This document shows, one piece after another, positions 62,372 to 64,000 of a stretch of 64,000 nucleotides of DNA. How positions within the stretch are numbered: the first letter of the stretch is position 1; the number at the start of each line of letters is the position of its first letter. The stretch is taken from positions 53,510-117,509 of the forward strand of contig JADFNB010000002.1 in assembly GCA_022563595.1 (NCBI GenBank). Direction: 5' to 3'. The notes under the pieces were generated by a model. That model saw only the letters and a list, made by a program, of their open reading frames with translations. It searched no databases and was not told where the DNA came from. Made by a program: the position numbers and the translations under genes. The DNA is from Gemmatimonadota bacterium. Lineage in GTDB: Bacteria > Gemmatimonadota > Gemmatimonadetes > Gemmatimonadales > GWC2-71-9.

Positions 62372-63702
62372 CGGTCCAGTCGCTCCACGAGATACGACGC
62401 CAGCTGATTTGCGGCCACCCGATCCTGCTTCAAGGTGTCGCGGTCGCGAACGGTGACCGTGCCGTCATCCATGCTCTGACCATCGACGGTGATCCCGAAC
62501 GGCGTCCCGGCTTCGTCCTGCCGGCGGTACCGCCGGCCGATCGAGCCGCCGTCGTCATAGAACACCGGCATCCGAGCGCGGAGATCGGCCGCTATTTGCC
62601 GCGCCATCTCCGGCATGCCGTCCTTCTTCACGAGCGGAAAGATCCCGGCCTTGATGGGCGCCACGGCGGGCTGGAACCGCAAGACGACGCGCTTCTCGCC
62701 CTCGACCTCCTCCTCGTGATACGCATCCGCGAGAACGACCAACGCGAGTCGGTCGGCCCCGAGCGAGGTCTCGACTACGTAGGGAACGTACCGTTCCTGC
62801 GTGACCGGATCGAGGTACTCCAGCTTCTTCCCGGAATACTCCTGGTGCCTGCTCAGGTCGTAGTTGGTCCGGTTGTGGATGCCCTCGAATTCCTTCCAGC
62901 CGAACGGGAACTCGTACTCGATGTCGAAGGCCGTCTTGGCGTAGTGCGCCAGCTCGTCCGGTTTGTGCTGGTGGAAGCGCAGCTTCTCGGGCGTGATACC
63001 GAGATCCTTCATCCACTGCATGCGTCGCTCTTTCCAGTCCTCGAACCAGCGCTCGTCTTCTCCAGGCTTCACGAAAAACTGCATCTCCATCTGCTCGAAC
63101 TCACGGGTCCGGAAGATGAAGTTCCCGGGCGTGATCTCGTTACGAAATGCCTTACCGATTTGTGCGATTCCGAACGGGATCTTCTGCCGTGAGGACTGCA
63201 TCACGTTGAGAAAGTTCACGTAGATGCCCTGCGCCGTTTCCGGACGCAGGTATACCACCGCGGCGGCATCCTCCACCGGTCCCATGAACGTCTTGAACAT
63301 CAGATTGAATTGGCGCGGCGCCGTCAGGGTGCCCCGGCTGCCGCAGACCGGACACTGGGCGTCCGGCTCTCCCGGAACGCCCTTCAGGCGCTCGTCGTCG
63401 GCACGGAACCGTTTCTTGCACTGCCTGCAGTCGACGAGCGGATCCGTGAAGCCCTCGATGTGTCCGGACGCTTCCCACACCTTCGCGTGCATCAGGATCG
63501 CGGCATCGATCCCTTCGATGTCTTCGCGCTCGTAGACCATGGAACGCCACCAGCGTTCCTTCAGGTTCTTCTTCAGCTCGACCCCTAGGGGACCGAAATC
63601 CCACACCGAGCCCACACCACCGTAGATCTCCGAGGACTGGAAAACGAACCCCCGCCGCTTGGCGAGGGACACGAGCTTGTCCATCAGCGAGCTGTTCGCC
63701 AT
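62368..63702 (-). CDS. glyQS: Glycine--tRNA ligase (dimeric GlyQS type)
   Basis: Trimmed to MANSSLMDKLVSLAKRRGFVFQSSEIYGG. Contains YLRPETAQGIYVNF. Confidence 0.9.
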   Translation of the reverse strand: MANSSLMDKLVSLAKRRGFVFQSSEIYGGVGSVWDFGPLGVELKKNLKERWWRSMVYEREDIEGIDAAILMHAKVWEASGHIEGFTDPLVDCRQCKKRFRADDERLKGVPGEPDAQCPVCGSRGTLTAPRQFNLMFKTFMGPVEDAAAVVYLRPETAQGIYVNFLNVMQSSRQKIPFGIAQIGKAFRNEITPGNFIFRTREFEQMEMQFFVKPGEDERWFEDWKERRMQWMKDLGITPEKLRFHQHKPDELAHYAKTAFDIEYEFPFGWKEFEGIHNRTNYDLSRHQEYSGKKLEYLDPVTQERYVPYVVETSLGADRLALVVLADAYHEEEVEGEKRVVLRFQPAVAPIKAGIFPLVKKDGMPEMARQIAADLRARMPVFYDDGGSIGRRYRRQDEAGTPFGITVDGQSMDDGTVTVRDRDTLKQDRVAANQLASYLVERLDR

Positions 63703-63772
63703 AGAATCACATTCGACGTGTCTTGGGGATGGCCGCGCGTCACGATACGGTGGGAGGAAGTATAGAGGCGGG

Positions 63773-64000
63773 CTACGAGAGCGGCAAGCGAAGTGCACGG
63801 CGCAGGAGTACGACGGCGTGACGCTCCAGGTCGCTCCCCGTCCACGTCGCTTCGTCCGATCCCGTCTCCAGTTCGACTCCCGGCGGGAGAACCGTAGCGC
63901 GCGGGGTTACCAGCGCCGCCGGCACGCCTGCCTCGCGCGCGCGGCGCAGGACCTCGCCGGTTAGTTTCCCCGTGAACGAGGTCTCGTCGAACGCACCCTC
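63773..64000 (-). CDS. Glycerate kinase-like protein, C-terminal 75 aa (5' end outside window)
   Basis: Not in ORF track. My minus-strand translation reads EGAFDETSFTGKLTGEVLRRAREAGVPAALVTPRA...RLPLS*, which resembles the C-terminal part of glycerate kinases. Confidence 0.45.
   Translation of the reverse strand, partial: EGAFDETSFTGKLTGEVLRRAREAGVPAALVTPRATVLPPGVELETGSDEATWTGSDLERHAVVLLRRALRLPLS

Noticed and set aside
1-64000. CRISPR arrays, rRNA genes, prophage or integrase genes, recognisable defence systems
   Set aside because: I found no regularly spaced direct repeats, rRNA-like segments, integrase/recombinase genes or nuclease-helicase defence gene sets on either strand. The only toxin-type module is vapBC.

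Overview
High-GC bacterial chromosomal window with diderm hallmarks: an OMP-type beta-barrel ending in Phe, lipoboxes and a TonB-C-like domain. It is almost fully coding, with about 50 genes, mostly on the minus strand. At 12 gene junctions the start and stop codons overlap by 4 nt (ATGA or GTGA). Housekeeping blocks are trkH-trkA, pyk, ispG, class II RNR nrdJ, priA, glyQS, the peptidoglycan-recycling operon murQ-anmK-nagZ, and the polyamine genes pdaD-speB. I saw no rRNA, tRNA, CRISPR array or intact mobile element. Five things deserve a second look. (1) A four-gene Ser/Thr phospho-signalling operon at 18231-23234 encodes a zinc-ribbon/2xFHA protein, a membrane kinase, a membrane PP2C and an FHA-TM-coiled-coil-trypsin-like protease. 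It sits between a lipoprotein amidase plus HExxH/propeller/barrel protein and the PG-recycling operon. (2) An IMPase-family gene is coupled to a fused nucleotidyltransferase::CDP-alcohol transferase (IPCT/DIPPS architecture), next to a MATE exporter and a cobalamin-type radical SAM enzyme (40802-46779). (3) A ~73-nt conserved promoter-proximal element occurs twice, upstream of a Ser/Thr kinase gene and of a beta-lactamase-family gene. (4) A low-GC junction holds a transposase-like relic and a perfect hairpin, followed by LVIVD/YVTN propeller genes and vapBC. (5) A small ubiquitin-like ORF lies inside a long translationally coupled chain ending in priA. All product calls rest on motif recognition by eye; no database search or structure prediction was possible. 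Many long ORFs in the supplied track are GC-driven antisense artefacts. Several track starts were trimmed to internal ATG/GTG codons that abut the upstream gene.
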